Assembly: GCA_045597865.1 (NCBI GenBank)
Contig: JAZLKX010000025.1
Location: 224,001-288,000 of the forward strand
Direction: 5' to 3'
Length of the DNA stretch: 64,000 nucleotides
Source of the DNA: Bacilli bacterium
Lineage (GTDB): Bacteria; Bacillota_I; Bacilli_A; RFN20; CAG-826
Shown: positions 38,302-46,937 of the stretch, piece by piece
How the letters are laid out: each line of letters opens with the position of its first letter
Numbering within the stretch: position 1 is the first letter of the stretch
The notes under the pieces: generated by a model
Databases searched by the model: none
What the model was told of the DNA's origin: nothing
Seen by the model: only the letters and a program-made list of their open reading frames with translations
Translations under genes and position numbers: made by a program

Positions 38302-39573
38302 ATGTTTATCGATAAAGTTGTTGTAGAAGTTCGTTCTGGCAAGGGCGGCGATGGCATGATTGCTTTCTTAAGAGAAAAATGTATGCCAAAAGGTGGCCCA
38401 GCTGGTGGTAATGGCGGTCGTGGTGCTTCCATTATTTTTAAAGCTGTCAGAAACATTAACACTTTATTCAACTTTAGACACAGCAAAGTTTTTATCGGAC
38501 CAGATGGTGAAAAAGGTGGAACCAAAAACAAATACGGTCACAAAGCCGATGATGTAATCATCGAAGTACCATGTGGAACCGTAGTTTATGAAGAAAAGAA
38601 TCATAAATTCATCGGAGATTTATCCGAAGAAGGCCAAACTTTAGTAGTCGCTAAAGGCGGTCGTGGCGGAAGAGGCAATGCCGCTTTCAAAAACGATAGA
38701 AACAAATGTCCAAAAATTGCAGAAAATGGACTTCCAGGTGAAACAAAACGTCTCATTATGGAACTTAAACTTCTTGCAGATGTTGGTTTAGTTGGACTTC
38801 CAAATGCTGGAAAGTCAACACTTTTAAGTGTTGTATCTAACGCAAATCCTGTAATTGCTGATTATCCATTCACAACTTTAGAGCCAAATCTAGGTGTTGT
38901 TAATGTAAATAAAGATTCATCCTTTGTTATGGCAGATCTTCCAGGTCTTATTGAAGGTGCTAGCCAAGGCAAAGGCCTCGGACTTTCGTTCTTACGTCAT
39001 CTTGAAAGATGCCGCGTTATTATTCATTTAGTTTCTATGGAAGAAGAATCTCCATACGAAAACTATAAAATGATTCAAAAGGAACTCAAGTCATATGGAA
39101 TGGGCTTAGATAAACGCCCATTAATTGTTGTAGCAAGTAAAGTTGACTCTGAAGAGTCTGAAATTAAATTCAAAGAATTTAAAAAACACTTCAAAACACC
39201 AGTTTTAGCTTTATCCAGCCTTACTAATCAAGGCGTTAAGGAAATTGTAAGTAAGTGTCAAGAATTGCTTGCTAAAACAGAGAAATTCCCACTCTTCAGT
39301 AATGAAGAAAATCCAGAAGTTAAGGTTTATGATGCATATGCAAATGAAAAACCTGTATTTGAAGTTGTTCACGAAAAAGAGCATGTCTTTAGACTTGTTG
39401 GTGAATCAATTGAAAGAACTTATGGACTTATTAATATTTCTACAGATGAAGGTATGCTAAGATTGCTTAACTATCTTAAAAAGATAGATGTCGAATCTGC
39501 ACTTAAAGAGAAAGGCGCTCAAAATGGTGATTCTGTTTGGCTTTGCGATTTTGAGTTTGAATACTTAGAATAA
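38302..39573 (+). CDS. obg: GTPase ObgE
   Basis: Gly-rich Obg fold, GLPNAGKS, YPFTT, DLPG and C-terminal OCT domain. Confidence 0.97.
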   Translation: MFIDKVVVEVRSGKGGDGMIAFLREKCMPKGGPAGGNGGRGASIIFKAVRNINTLFNFRHSKVFIGPDGEKGGTKNKYGHKADDVIIEVPCGTVVYEEKNHKFIGDLSEEGQTLVVAKGGRGGRGNAAFKNDRNKCPKIAENGLPGETKRLIMELKLLADVGLVGLPNAGKSTLLSVVSNANPVIADYPFTTLEPNLGVVNVNKDSSFVMADLPGLIEGASQGKGLGLSFLRHLERCRVIIHLVSMEEESPYENYKMIQKELKSYGMGLDKRPLIVVASKVDSEESEIKFKEFKKHFKTPVLALSSLTNQGVKEIVSKCQELLAKTEKFPLFSNEENPEVKVYDAYANEKPVFEVVHEKEHVFRLVGESIERTYGLINISTDEGMLRLLNYLKKIDVESALKEKGAQNGDSVWLCDFEFEYLE

Positions 39574-39577
39574 CAAT

Positions 39578-40306
39578 ATGGAACTTAAAGAATATTTATC
39601 CGAAATTGAAAAATTTCTTCAAGATTATTTAGAAAAATCACACTGTAAATCATATGTTTTAGGTTTAAGCGGAGGTGTTGATTCTTCTTTAGTTGCAGCT
39701 ATTGCAAGAAAAGCTGTTGGAAAAGACAAACTTTATTGCTATGCAATAAGTATTGATTCAAATAAAGCTGATGTTAACGATGCAATCGAAGTTGCAAAAC
39801 AACTTGATTTAAATCTTGAAGTTATCGATTTAAGTAAAACTTACCACAAATTCTTAAAAGAACTTGGTGGCAAAGATTTTATTAGACTTACAAAGTCAAA
39901 TCTTAAAGTTAGAATGAGAATGTGTGCCTTATTCGCTTATGCTCAAGAGCATAATGGCTTAGTATTAGGCACAGACAACATGGATGAAAGATACGTTGGT
40001 TACTTCACAAAATATGGTGATGGCGCAGCAGATGTTCTTCCAATTGTTTATTTAACTAAGGCAGAAGTTAGAGAAGCTGCAGAGATTTATGGTGTTTCTA
40101 AAGCTTTAGCTTTAAGGGTTGCATCAGCAGGCTTATTTGAAGGCCAAACTGATGAAGGCGAAATGGGCGTAAGTTATGCCGATCTTGATGCCTTCCTTTT
40201 AGGCAAGGAAATTGCTCCTGAAGCAAAATCCAGAATCGAACACATGCATGCAGTAAGCGAACACAAGAGAATTGAGATTCCAACTCCAAAACCTTTTAAA
40301 CGTTAA
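39578..40306 (+). CDS. nadE: NH3-dependent NAD+ synthetase
   Basis: LGLSGGVDS, NLKVRMRM, GYFTKYGDG, SAGLFEGQTDE, SEHKR. Confidence 0.95.
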   Translation: MELKEYLSEIEKFLQDYLEKSHCKSYVLGLSGGVDSSLVAAIARKAVGKDKLYCYAISIDSNKADVNDAIEVAKQLDLNLEVIDLSKTYHKFLKELGGKDFIRLTKSNLKVRMRMCALFAYAQEHNGLVLGTDNMDERYVGYFTKYGDGAADVLPIVYLTKAEVREAAEIYGVSKALALRVASAGLFEGQTDEGEMGVSYADLDAFLLGKEIAPEAKSRIEHMHAVSEHKRIEIPTPKPFKR

Positions 40307-40329
40307 TCTTAAAAAATAATTAATAATTT

Positions 40330-40352
40330 ACTTCCTATTTAGGAAGTTTTTT
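40330..40352 (+). terminator. Intrinsic terminator after nadE
   Basis: ACTTCCT-ATTT-AGGAAGT plus T run. Confidence 0.75.
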
Positions 40353-40430
40353 ATTATAATAAAAAGTAACAAGAATAAGAAAGAAATATTCGCCTATTAG
40401 AATACATTAGTAGAGAAAGGCGGTATTTTT

Positions 40431-41006
40431 ATGCTTTATTCAATTAAAGGAAAAGTATCTTTTGTTGACAAACGTTTTATTGTTGTCGAAACAGGAGGAA
40501 TTGGCTATGAAATTTTAGTAGCCAATCCAGAATCATTTTTAGTGGGAGAAGATACGTTTTTATTTTTGCACCACGAAATCAAAGAATTTGATGAATATTT
40601 AGCAGGCTTTAGGTCTCAAGATGAAAAGGACGCATTCGACTTATTGCTTCATGTTAACGGTGTTGGACCAAAATCAGCTTTAACGATTTTATCAAATGTA
40701 AATTATCAAGATTTAATGGTGGCTATTTCTAACTCTGATCTTGGATTTATTACTAAAATTCCAGGTATAGGCCCAAGAGCTGCAAATCAAATTCTTTTAG
40801 ACTTGCAAGGTTTTATTGCTAGAAGCAATAGAGAAAATGTTAAACAGTATTCTGAAGTAAAAGCAGCATTAAAGGCTCTTAAATTTAAAGTCAAAGACAT
40901 CGATAAAGTTTTACCACAAATTTATATCCCAAACGGCACCAATGAAGAAATAATAAAAGAAGCATTAAAGAGGTTACATTATGCCGAGACTTTCGGACAA
41001 AAATAA
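40431..41006 (+). CDS. ruvA: Holliday junction branch migration protein RuvA
   Basis: GGIGYEI, and HhH motifs VNGVGPKSA and IPGIGPRAA. Confidence 0.95.
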   Translation: MLYSIKGKVSFVDKRFIVVETGGIGYEILVANPESFLVGEDTFLFLHHEIKEFDEYLAGFRSQDEKDAFDLLLHVNGVGPKSALTILSNVNYQDLMVAISNSDLGFITKIPGIGPRAANQILLDLQGFIARSNRENVKQYSEVKAALKALKFKVKDIDKVLPQIYIPNGTNEEIIKEALKRLHYAETFGQK

Positions 41007-41985
41007 GAATTTAAAGGAAGAAGCAATTGAAGCTTCATTAAGACCTCAAACTTTGGATGATTATGTTGGACAAGATGATTTAAAGAACAATCTAAAAATT
41101 TTTATTGGTGCTGCAAGAGGAAGAAACGAAGTTCTTGATCATGTTTTGTTGTACGGTCCAGCTGGACTTGGAAAAACTTCTTTAGCTTACATTATTGCAA
41201 ATGAAATGCACGGCAACATTAAGTTGGTTAATGGACCAAGTGTCGAAAAACCAGGAGATTTAGCCGCTGTTTTATCAACTTTAGAAGCTGGAGATATCTT
41301 ATTTATCGATGAAATTCATCGATTACCACGCGTAGTTGAAGAAATTTTATATAGTGCAATGGAAGATTATAAATTGATAATTATGGTTTCTCGTGATGCT
41401 TCAACAGCATCTACAATTACAGTTGATCTTCCACCTTTTACTTTAGTAGGAGCTACAACTAGAGCTGGTGATTTATCTTCTCCATTAAGAGCAAGATTTG
41501 GAATATCAGAGAAAATTAACTATTACACCATAGAAGAACTTAAAAACATTGTACTTAGAACCGCAAATTATTTCGGAGCAACAATTGATGAAGTTTCTGC
41601 TACTGAAATCGCGAAACGCTCACGTGGTACTCCGCGTATTGCAAATCGTATTTTTAGAAGAGTTAGAGACTTCGCAAATTACGAGGAAAGAAATATCATC
41701 AGCATAAATGACGCAGAGAAAGCTTTAAAGGCTCTCAAAATTGACGAAAATGGGCTAGATGAAGTAGATATAAACTATTTGCAAACGATTAAAAATCGTT
41801 TTGGTGGTGGACCAGTCGGTTTAGAGACTATTGCGTCTGCTATTGGAGAAGAGACTTCAAACCTTGATGAAGTTTATGAACCATACCTTTTAAAAATGGG
41901 CTTTATCGACCGCACTCCGAAGGGAAGAATCTTAACCGAAAAAGGAAAGGGATATTTAAAAAAATATGAAACTACTAAGAATTAG
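40981..41985 (+). CDS. ruvB: Holliday junction branch migration helicase RuvB
   Basis: LRPQTLDDYVGQ, GPAGLGKT, FIDEIHRL, GATTRAG, RGTPRIANR, RTPKGR. Confidence 0.97.
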   Translation: MPRLSDKNKNLKEEAIEASLRPQTLDDYVGQDDLKNNLKIFIGAARGRNEVLDHVLLYGPAGLGKTSLAYIIANEMHGNIKLVNGPSVEKPGDLAAVLSTLEAGDILFIDEIHRLPRVVEEILYSAMEDYKLIIMVSRDASTASTITVDLPPFTLVGATTRAGDLSSPLRARFGISEKINYYTIEELKNIVLRTANYFGATIDEVSATEIAKRSRGTPRIANRIFRRVRDFANYEERNIISINDAEKALKALKIDENGLDEVDINYLQTIKNRFGGGPVGLETIASAIGEETSNLDEVYEPYLLKMGFIDRTPKGRILTEKGKGYLKKYETTKN

Positions 41986-42325
41986 AAATGGTTATCTATA
42001 TAATAGTGATGATCCAAATGGATATCATGATTATTTGGCTTTTTATAATAAAGAAACAAAAAGCTATTTTCTAGTCCAATTAACTCATCTTTATGTATGG
42101 GATAAGAAAAGATATGTTCAAGTCAAAAGAGGAGATATTTTAGTTCAAAAATTTAAAGAATATGAAACACCTAGTGGAGTAAAGAAAGAAATTTACGAAA
42201 AAGATTTAAAGGGAAACAAAATTAGAATAAATCAAAATGACGAAATAAAGAAAATTTATAGGAATATTTCAATGAAACAAGAAAAAATAATCAAAGATTA
42301 TATTTTTAGCAAAAAGAAAACGTAA
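41966..42325 (+). CDS. Orphan basic 119-aa protein, possibly a PemK/ToxN/CptN-fold endoribonuclease
   Basis: Very AT-rich ORF overlapping the ruvB 3' end; the pattern H-D-Y-L-A-F...Y-F-L-V-Q-L-T resembles, by eye, the beta core of ToxN/CptN/PemK toxins. Confidence 0.5.
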   Translation: MKLLRIRNGYLYNSDDPNGYHDYLAFYNKETKSYFLVQLTHLYVWDKKRYVQVKRGDILVQKFKEYETPSGVKKEIYEKDLKGNKIRINQNDEIKKIYRNISMKQEKIIKDYIFSKKKT

Positions 42326-42360
42326 TCATCGAGGACTACGTTTGAGAATATTTTCTCGCT
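42311..42360 (-). ncRNA. Putative ~50-nt small RNA convergent on the orphan ORF
   Basis: Minus-strand TTGACA (42390-95), 17 nt, TG-T-TTTAAT (42367-72); hairpins GAGAA/UUCUC and AAACGUAGUC/GAUUACGUUU followed by UCUUUUU. Confidence 0.5.
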
Positions 42361-42589
42361 GGAATTATTAAAACAAAGATTTCCTGCTTTGTCAATAAAA
42401 GAAAGCTTAAAAAAAGAAGTCATACAAAATTTTATATATTATGTCGCTATATAGTTCTTTCATTTATGAATTTTTACTATACTTTCCTAATCGTGAAAAC
42501 CATTATTTTCTTTACTTTATAAGTAAATCATAGTAAAATCTTACGCGGTCGAAAAATTGACACTATTTATTACATAAAGGAACAAGATT

Positions 42590-45253
42590 ATGCGTAGATT
42601 AATAGCTTACATCACAATGGCAATATCAATGCTCATTGCAATCGGAGTTGCAGCAACTCCAGTTTTAACAAAGTTAAATGGAGGACGTGAATTCAACTCT
42701 GGTAGAGAAATTGTATTCAATATCGATGCTAGAGATGGAGATCCAGCAGTTAGCAAAGAAACTGCCGACAAAGTCGTCGATGAGATGAGAACTCGTTTGG
42801 ATAACTGGCACATTGAAGATTATTCCATTAAAGTTCAAAGCAATAAAGCAGAAGAACCAACATATTCAGTTGCAGTATCATTTGACGTTGAAAAAGATAC
42901 ATTCAACTATGTTGCAAAATATCTTTGCTTCCAAGGTGAAAACTTTGCAATCTCTGCTGCAGACCCAACAACTTTAAAAGAAGATGTTCTTGATGTTGCT
43001 GAAGCAAGAATCGTTTATGAATCTGATGTTGTTCCTGTAATTGTTATTCCTGTAAAGGAAGATAAAAAAGCTGATCTTGAAAACCTTATTAAACAATTAA
43101 ATCCAGAAGAAGAAAATAGCGGTGAAACTAAAGCTATCACAAGAGATGGCGAAGTCGCACCATCCGAAGGTGGTGAAGGTGAAGAAGAACCTGCAAAAAC
43201 ACCAGATATCTTCTTATGGGCAAACTATGAAGAAGGCGATTTATACGAAAAATCAAACGTTAATCCATTAGTTAAGGATAAAATCCTTATGTCATTCTTC
43301 TCCACAGCAATATGGTATGAAAAATCAAGCGAAGAACATACAGAAGTTCAATTTATCTGTGGTTCAGCTGACCAAGAAGGTAATTACGATTTCACAAAAC
43401 TTAAAGATGCAAACGTTGTCGCAAATTATTATTTGAACATGCTTCATGCAAGTAAGTACGACGTAGAAGTTACATGCCCAACAAGAAATGTTTCTTCATC
43501 TGAAATTGATTACTACACAAATTCACAAGAAGTTAATCCATCAATGGAAAGCTTATTGTCCTATGGAAATAACGTCAATATTAAATTATCCGCAACTTTA
43601 ATTTCTTCATTAGTTGCTTTCGTAATAATTTCATTATTACTCATTGTTTATTATAGAATCAATGCTATTGCAATTATTGCAACAACACTTGGCTCATTAT
43701 TTATTACATTACTTTCATTCTCTTCAATGAATGTCTTATTTAACTTCCCAGCATTACTTGGTTTACTCATCTTAGCTGGCGGTTTGTTATTTGGACAAAT
43801 TGTCTATTGCAATAGATTCAGAGAAGAAGTTTACAAAGGACGTTCTTTAAAGAAAGCTAACCAAGAAGCAAGCAAGAAATCAAATCTTCTTACACTAGAT
43901 GCATCAGTTATTTTGGCATTTGCTGGTTTAATGATGTACGTCTTAGGCGGAACAGCCTTAAAACCAATGGGCGTTGTCTTATTCTTTGGTTCAATCTTTG
44001 GACTTTTAATGAATCTTATTGTTTTCAAAATTTTGATGCGTTTAGTTACAAATTCTACCAATTTACAAAGTAAATACTCTGTATTCAATATTGAAGGTAG
44101 CAAAGTTCCAAACTTAATGGATGCTGAAGAAAAAGAACCATATCAAGCAGCTTATGAAAAAGTTGATTTCACAAAGAAAAGAAAAGTTTCCTCAATTATT
44201 TTAGGAGCATTAACAATTGCAGCTGTTGCAGTTATTACTGTCTTTGGTGTTAAAAATGGTTCTCCATTAAACGTCACAAACGCAACAAAAAATACAACAG
44301 TTATTTATACTTCACTTAAATCAGAAAATGGTTTAATTAATGATGTTGAATCATTCAAAACTTATGCTCTTAGCGATGTTAAACTTGATGAATCTACTAA
44401 TGTAGCATCTGATAAATTTGATGTTGAAATGAAGAAAGTCAGCACTTATACATACATTGATGAATCAAGTGCACCAACTGAAGAATCCTATTACTTCATT
44501 GCAAAACTTGATAATGATTGTAACGCTGATCAAATCAAACAAATTCAAGATAGCATTGTAATCAAGTTAGAAGAAAACATTTCATCTGATAAATTTGCTA
44601 TTTCTGTTGAAAGCTCACAAGAACTTAATTACACACCTGATCAATCACTTGTTGCTTTAGCAACAGCAGTTACAATTGCAGGCGCTGCATTATATCTCGC
44701 ACTACGCTTCCGCCCATCGCGCGGACTAGCTGCACTTGTAGTCTCAGCTGGCTCAACAGCAATTGCTTATGGTTTATTTGTTGCAATTAGAGTTGGAACA
44801 AGTGCTGTTACATCTCTTGCAATGCCAGTCGTTGCAATATCAACACTTATTGCTTCAATGTTCTACTTTGCAACTGAAAAAGCAATGCTTAAAGAAAAAC
44901 ACTCCGAATTATCTTTCGAAGAAAGAAAAGAAATTATGGTTAAGGCACTTGCTAAATCAGCAGCTCCAATGCTTGTTCTTGTCCTTATCATGATTTACTT
45001 ATCAATTAACTATTTTGGATTCGGACTTAATGCAACCGCATTCTTATTTGCTTCAGCACTTGTTGGCCAAATCGTTGCAGTTATCGCAATGCTTACAATT
45101 ATGGGCCCACTCGCATGTATGTTTGGTAAATGGTTCAGTAGAATCAACATGCCAAAAGTTAAATTGTTTAAACACAAAGAAAACACTGGTGCTCTTCATA
45201 AACGTAATTCAAGCGAACCAGAAGAAACAATCTTCATTGGTATTAACGACTAA
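42590..45253 (+). CDS. secDF: Protein translocase SecDF fusion (divergent)
   Basis: Two repeats of TM, large extracytoplasmic domain, then five TMs; VYYR, P..LG...G...R.REE, LDAS, LKPMG, DFTKKRK and YLALRF; position before recJ. Confidence 0.8.
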   Translation: MRRLIAYITMAISMLIAIGVAATPVLTKLNGGREFNSGREIVFNIDARDGDPAVSKETADKVVDEMRTRLDNWHIEDYSIKVQSNKAEEPTYSVAVSFDVEKDTFNYVAKYLCFQGENFAISAADPTTLKEDVLDVAEARIVYESDVVPVIVIPVKEDKKADLENLIKQLNPEEENSGETKAITRDGEVAPSEGGEGEEEPAKTPDIFLWANYEEGDLYEKSNVNPLVKDKILMSFFSTAIWYEKSSEEHTEVQFICGSADQEGNYDFTKLKDANVVANYYLNMLHASKYDVEVTCPTRNVSSSEIDYYTNSQEVNPSMESLLSYGNNVNIKLSATLISSLVAFVIISLLLIVYYRINAIAIIATTLGSLFITLLSFSSMNVLFNFPALLGLLILAGGLLFGQIVYCNRFREEVYKGRSLKKANQEASKKSNLLTLDASVILAFAGLMMYVLGGTALKPMGVVLFFGSIFGLLMNLIVFKILMRLVTNSTNLQSKYSVFNIEGSKVPNLMDAEEKEPYQAAYEKVDFTKKRKVSSIILGALTIAAVAVITVFGVKNGSPLNVTNATKNTTVIYTSLKSENGLINDVESFKTYALSDVKLDESTNVASDKFDVEMKKVSTYTYIDESSAPTEESYYFIAKLDNDCNADQIKQIQDSIVIKLEENISSDKFAISVESSQELNYTPDQSLVALATAVTIAGAALYLALRFRPSRGLAALVVSAGSTAIAYGLFVAIRVGTSAVTSLAMPVVAISTLIASMFYFATEKAMLKEKHSELSFEERKEIMVKALAKSAAPMLVLVLIMIYLSINYFGFGLNATAFLFASALVGQIVAVIAMLTIMGPLACMFGKWFSRINMPKVKLFKHKENTGALHKRNSSEPEETIFIGIND

Positions 45254-45261
45254 TTTAATTT

Positions 45262-45284
45262 GGGCTACTTTGTAGCCCTTTTTT
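45262..45284 (+). terminator. Intrinsic terminator after secDF
   Basis: GGGCTAC-TTT-GTAGCCC followed by six T. Confidence 0.85.
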
Positions 45285-45294
45285 GTACTTAAAT

Positions 45295-46854
45295 ATGGAT
45301 TTTAAACAAAAGCTATTAGACTATTTTCATCTAAACGAGACTGATTTTAGTGAGCTTAGTAAACCTCTTAATGAGATTAAACTACTTGATCCTAATTCGA
45401 TTGAATCAATGGGCAAAATCAGAGATCGTATTTTTAAAGCGATCCAAAATAACGAAAAAATTATTGTTTATGGTGATTATGATTGTGATGGTGTGAGCGC
45501 CACAACAATTGTAGTGAAAACATTTGAAAAACTTAACTATAAAGTAAGCTATTACTTACCAATTAGATACAGTGATGGTTATGGACTTAACGTTAAAAAC
45601 GTTATAAAGATAAAAGAGGCCGGTTTTAGCCTTATTATTACTGTTGATAATGGAATTGCCCAAGATGAAGCAATTAAGAAGGCTAATGAGCTCGGAATGG
45701 ACGTAATTGTAGTGGACCACCATGAAGCTCCAGAGATTCCAGTGCCAGCTTATGCTGTAATTCATCCAATTGTCTCACATATTTCAGACATCTATGGTTC
45801 TGGAGGATATATGTCTTTATTTTTATCTGCGGGACTACTTGGTTATTATGATGACTATTTAGTCACGATCGCTGGAATGTCTGTCATTTCAGATATGATG
45901 GAACTTAAAGGCTATAACCGCGATGTTGTTAGACTTGCAGTTGAAAACCTAAAAAAGAATCATTATTTGCCATTAATTTATCTTACTGATTCACCAATAA
46001 TTACCGAGAAAACTTTTGGCCTAGAAATTGCTCCAAAAATTAATGCGATTGGACGTCTTGTAGACGACAAAAACATCAATCTTTTGGTGAAATATTTAAT
46101 CAGTGAAGACGAAAAAGAAATTTACAAGATTTCTAACTGGATTAAAAACAATAATGAACTAAGAAAAACCCTCACAAAAGAGGCAGTTGAAGCACTTCCT
46201 CAAGATCAAATTAATGATGCAGGAATTGCCCTCAAATTAGATATCAAAGAAGGCCTTTTAGGGCTTATTGCGAATCGACTTTTGAACGGAAAAAATGTTC
46301 CAGTTATCATCTTCACAGAAGACTCAACTGATAAAACTTTCCTAAAAGGAAGTATTCGTTCAAAAGAAGGTTTTAATGTTCAAAAAGCATTTGAATCTTT
46401 AAATAAATATTTAGTTGCAGGTGGTGGTCACGCTATGGCTGGCGGTCTTACAATTAAAGCCTCGGATTTTAATGATTTTAAACGTGATTTTATTAAACTT
46501 TGCGAAGAGCACAAATTTACAAAAGAAGAACCACCTTCAATTGAACTTTCCGTCACTGAAATTAACAATCAAAACTATGAAATTTTAAGACAATTTTCTC
46601 CATTTGGAGTTGGTTTTCCAGAACCTGTTTTTTCACTTAGAAATTTACCAACAAAATCTCTTCAATTTATAAGCTTTGGAAAACATATTTCAACACCAAT
46701 TTCAATCAATTCAAAAATACTTGGATTTAACATGCCAGAAAGTGAGATTAGAAAATATAATTTTCTTGACTTATTTGGTAATTTAAATATGTCTAGTTTT
46801 AGAGATAGATTAACTCTAGAATTTAGAATTAGCGATTTTATCGCTAAAAACTAA
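45295..46854 (+). CDS. recJ: Single-stranded DNA exonuclease RecJ
   Basis: YGDYDCDG, DGYG, TVDNG, DHH, APKINAIGRL, GSIRS, GGGHAMAGG. Confidence 0.94.
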   Translation: MDFKQKLLDYFHLNETDFSELSKPLNEIKLLDPNSIESMGKIRDRIFKAIQNNEKIIVYGDYDCDGVSATTIVVKTFEKLNYKVSYYLPIRYSDGYGLNVKNVIKIKEAGFSLIITVDNGIAQDEAIKKANELGMDVIVVDHHEAPEIPVPAYAVIHPIVSHISDIYGSGGYMSLFLSAGLLGYYDDYLVTIAGMSVISDMMELKGYNRDVVRLAVENLKKNHYLPLIYLTDSPIITEKTFGLEIAPKINAIGRLVDDKNINLLVKYLISEDEKEIYKISNWIKNNNELRKTLTKEAVEALPQDQINDAGIALKLDIKEGLLGLIANRLLNGKNVPVIIFTEDSTDKTFLKGSIRSKEGFNVQKAFESLNKYLVAGGGHAMAGGLTIKASDFNDFKRDFIKLCEEHKFTKEEPPSIELSVTEINNQNYEILRQFSPFGVGFPEPVFSLRNLPTKSLQFISFGKHISTPISINSKILGFNMPESEIRKYNFLDLFGNLNMSSFRDRLTLEFRISDFIAKN

Positions 46855-46937
46855 TACATACACATTTGTGTGTATAAGTGCGCACAACTTTGTTAAAATA
46901 TATTAAATGAAGTTTCTAATAAAGTGGAGGCTCAATT

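Noticed and set aside
42407-42463. 18-codon minus-strand ORF MKELYSDIIYKILYDFFF upstream of the putative small RNA
   Set aside because: No properly spaced SD and easily explained by chance in AT-rich DNA; worth revisiting only if conserved with the toxin-like gene.
46855-46886. ATACATACA/TGTGTGTAT hairpin and GTGCGCAC palindrome after recJ
   Set aside because: Short, with no U-tract and no second copy in the window; cannot be assigned a function.
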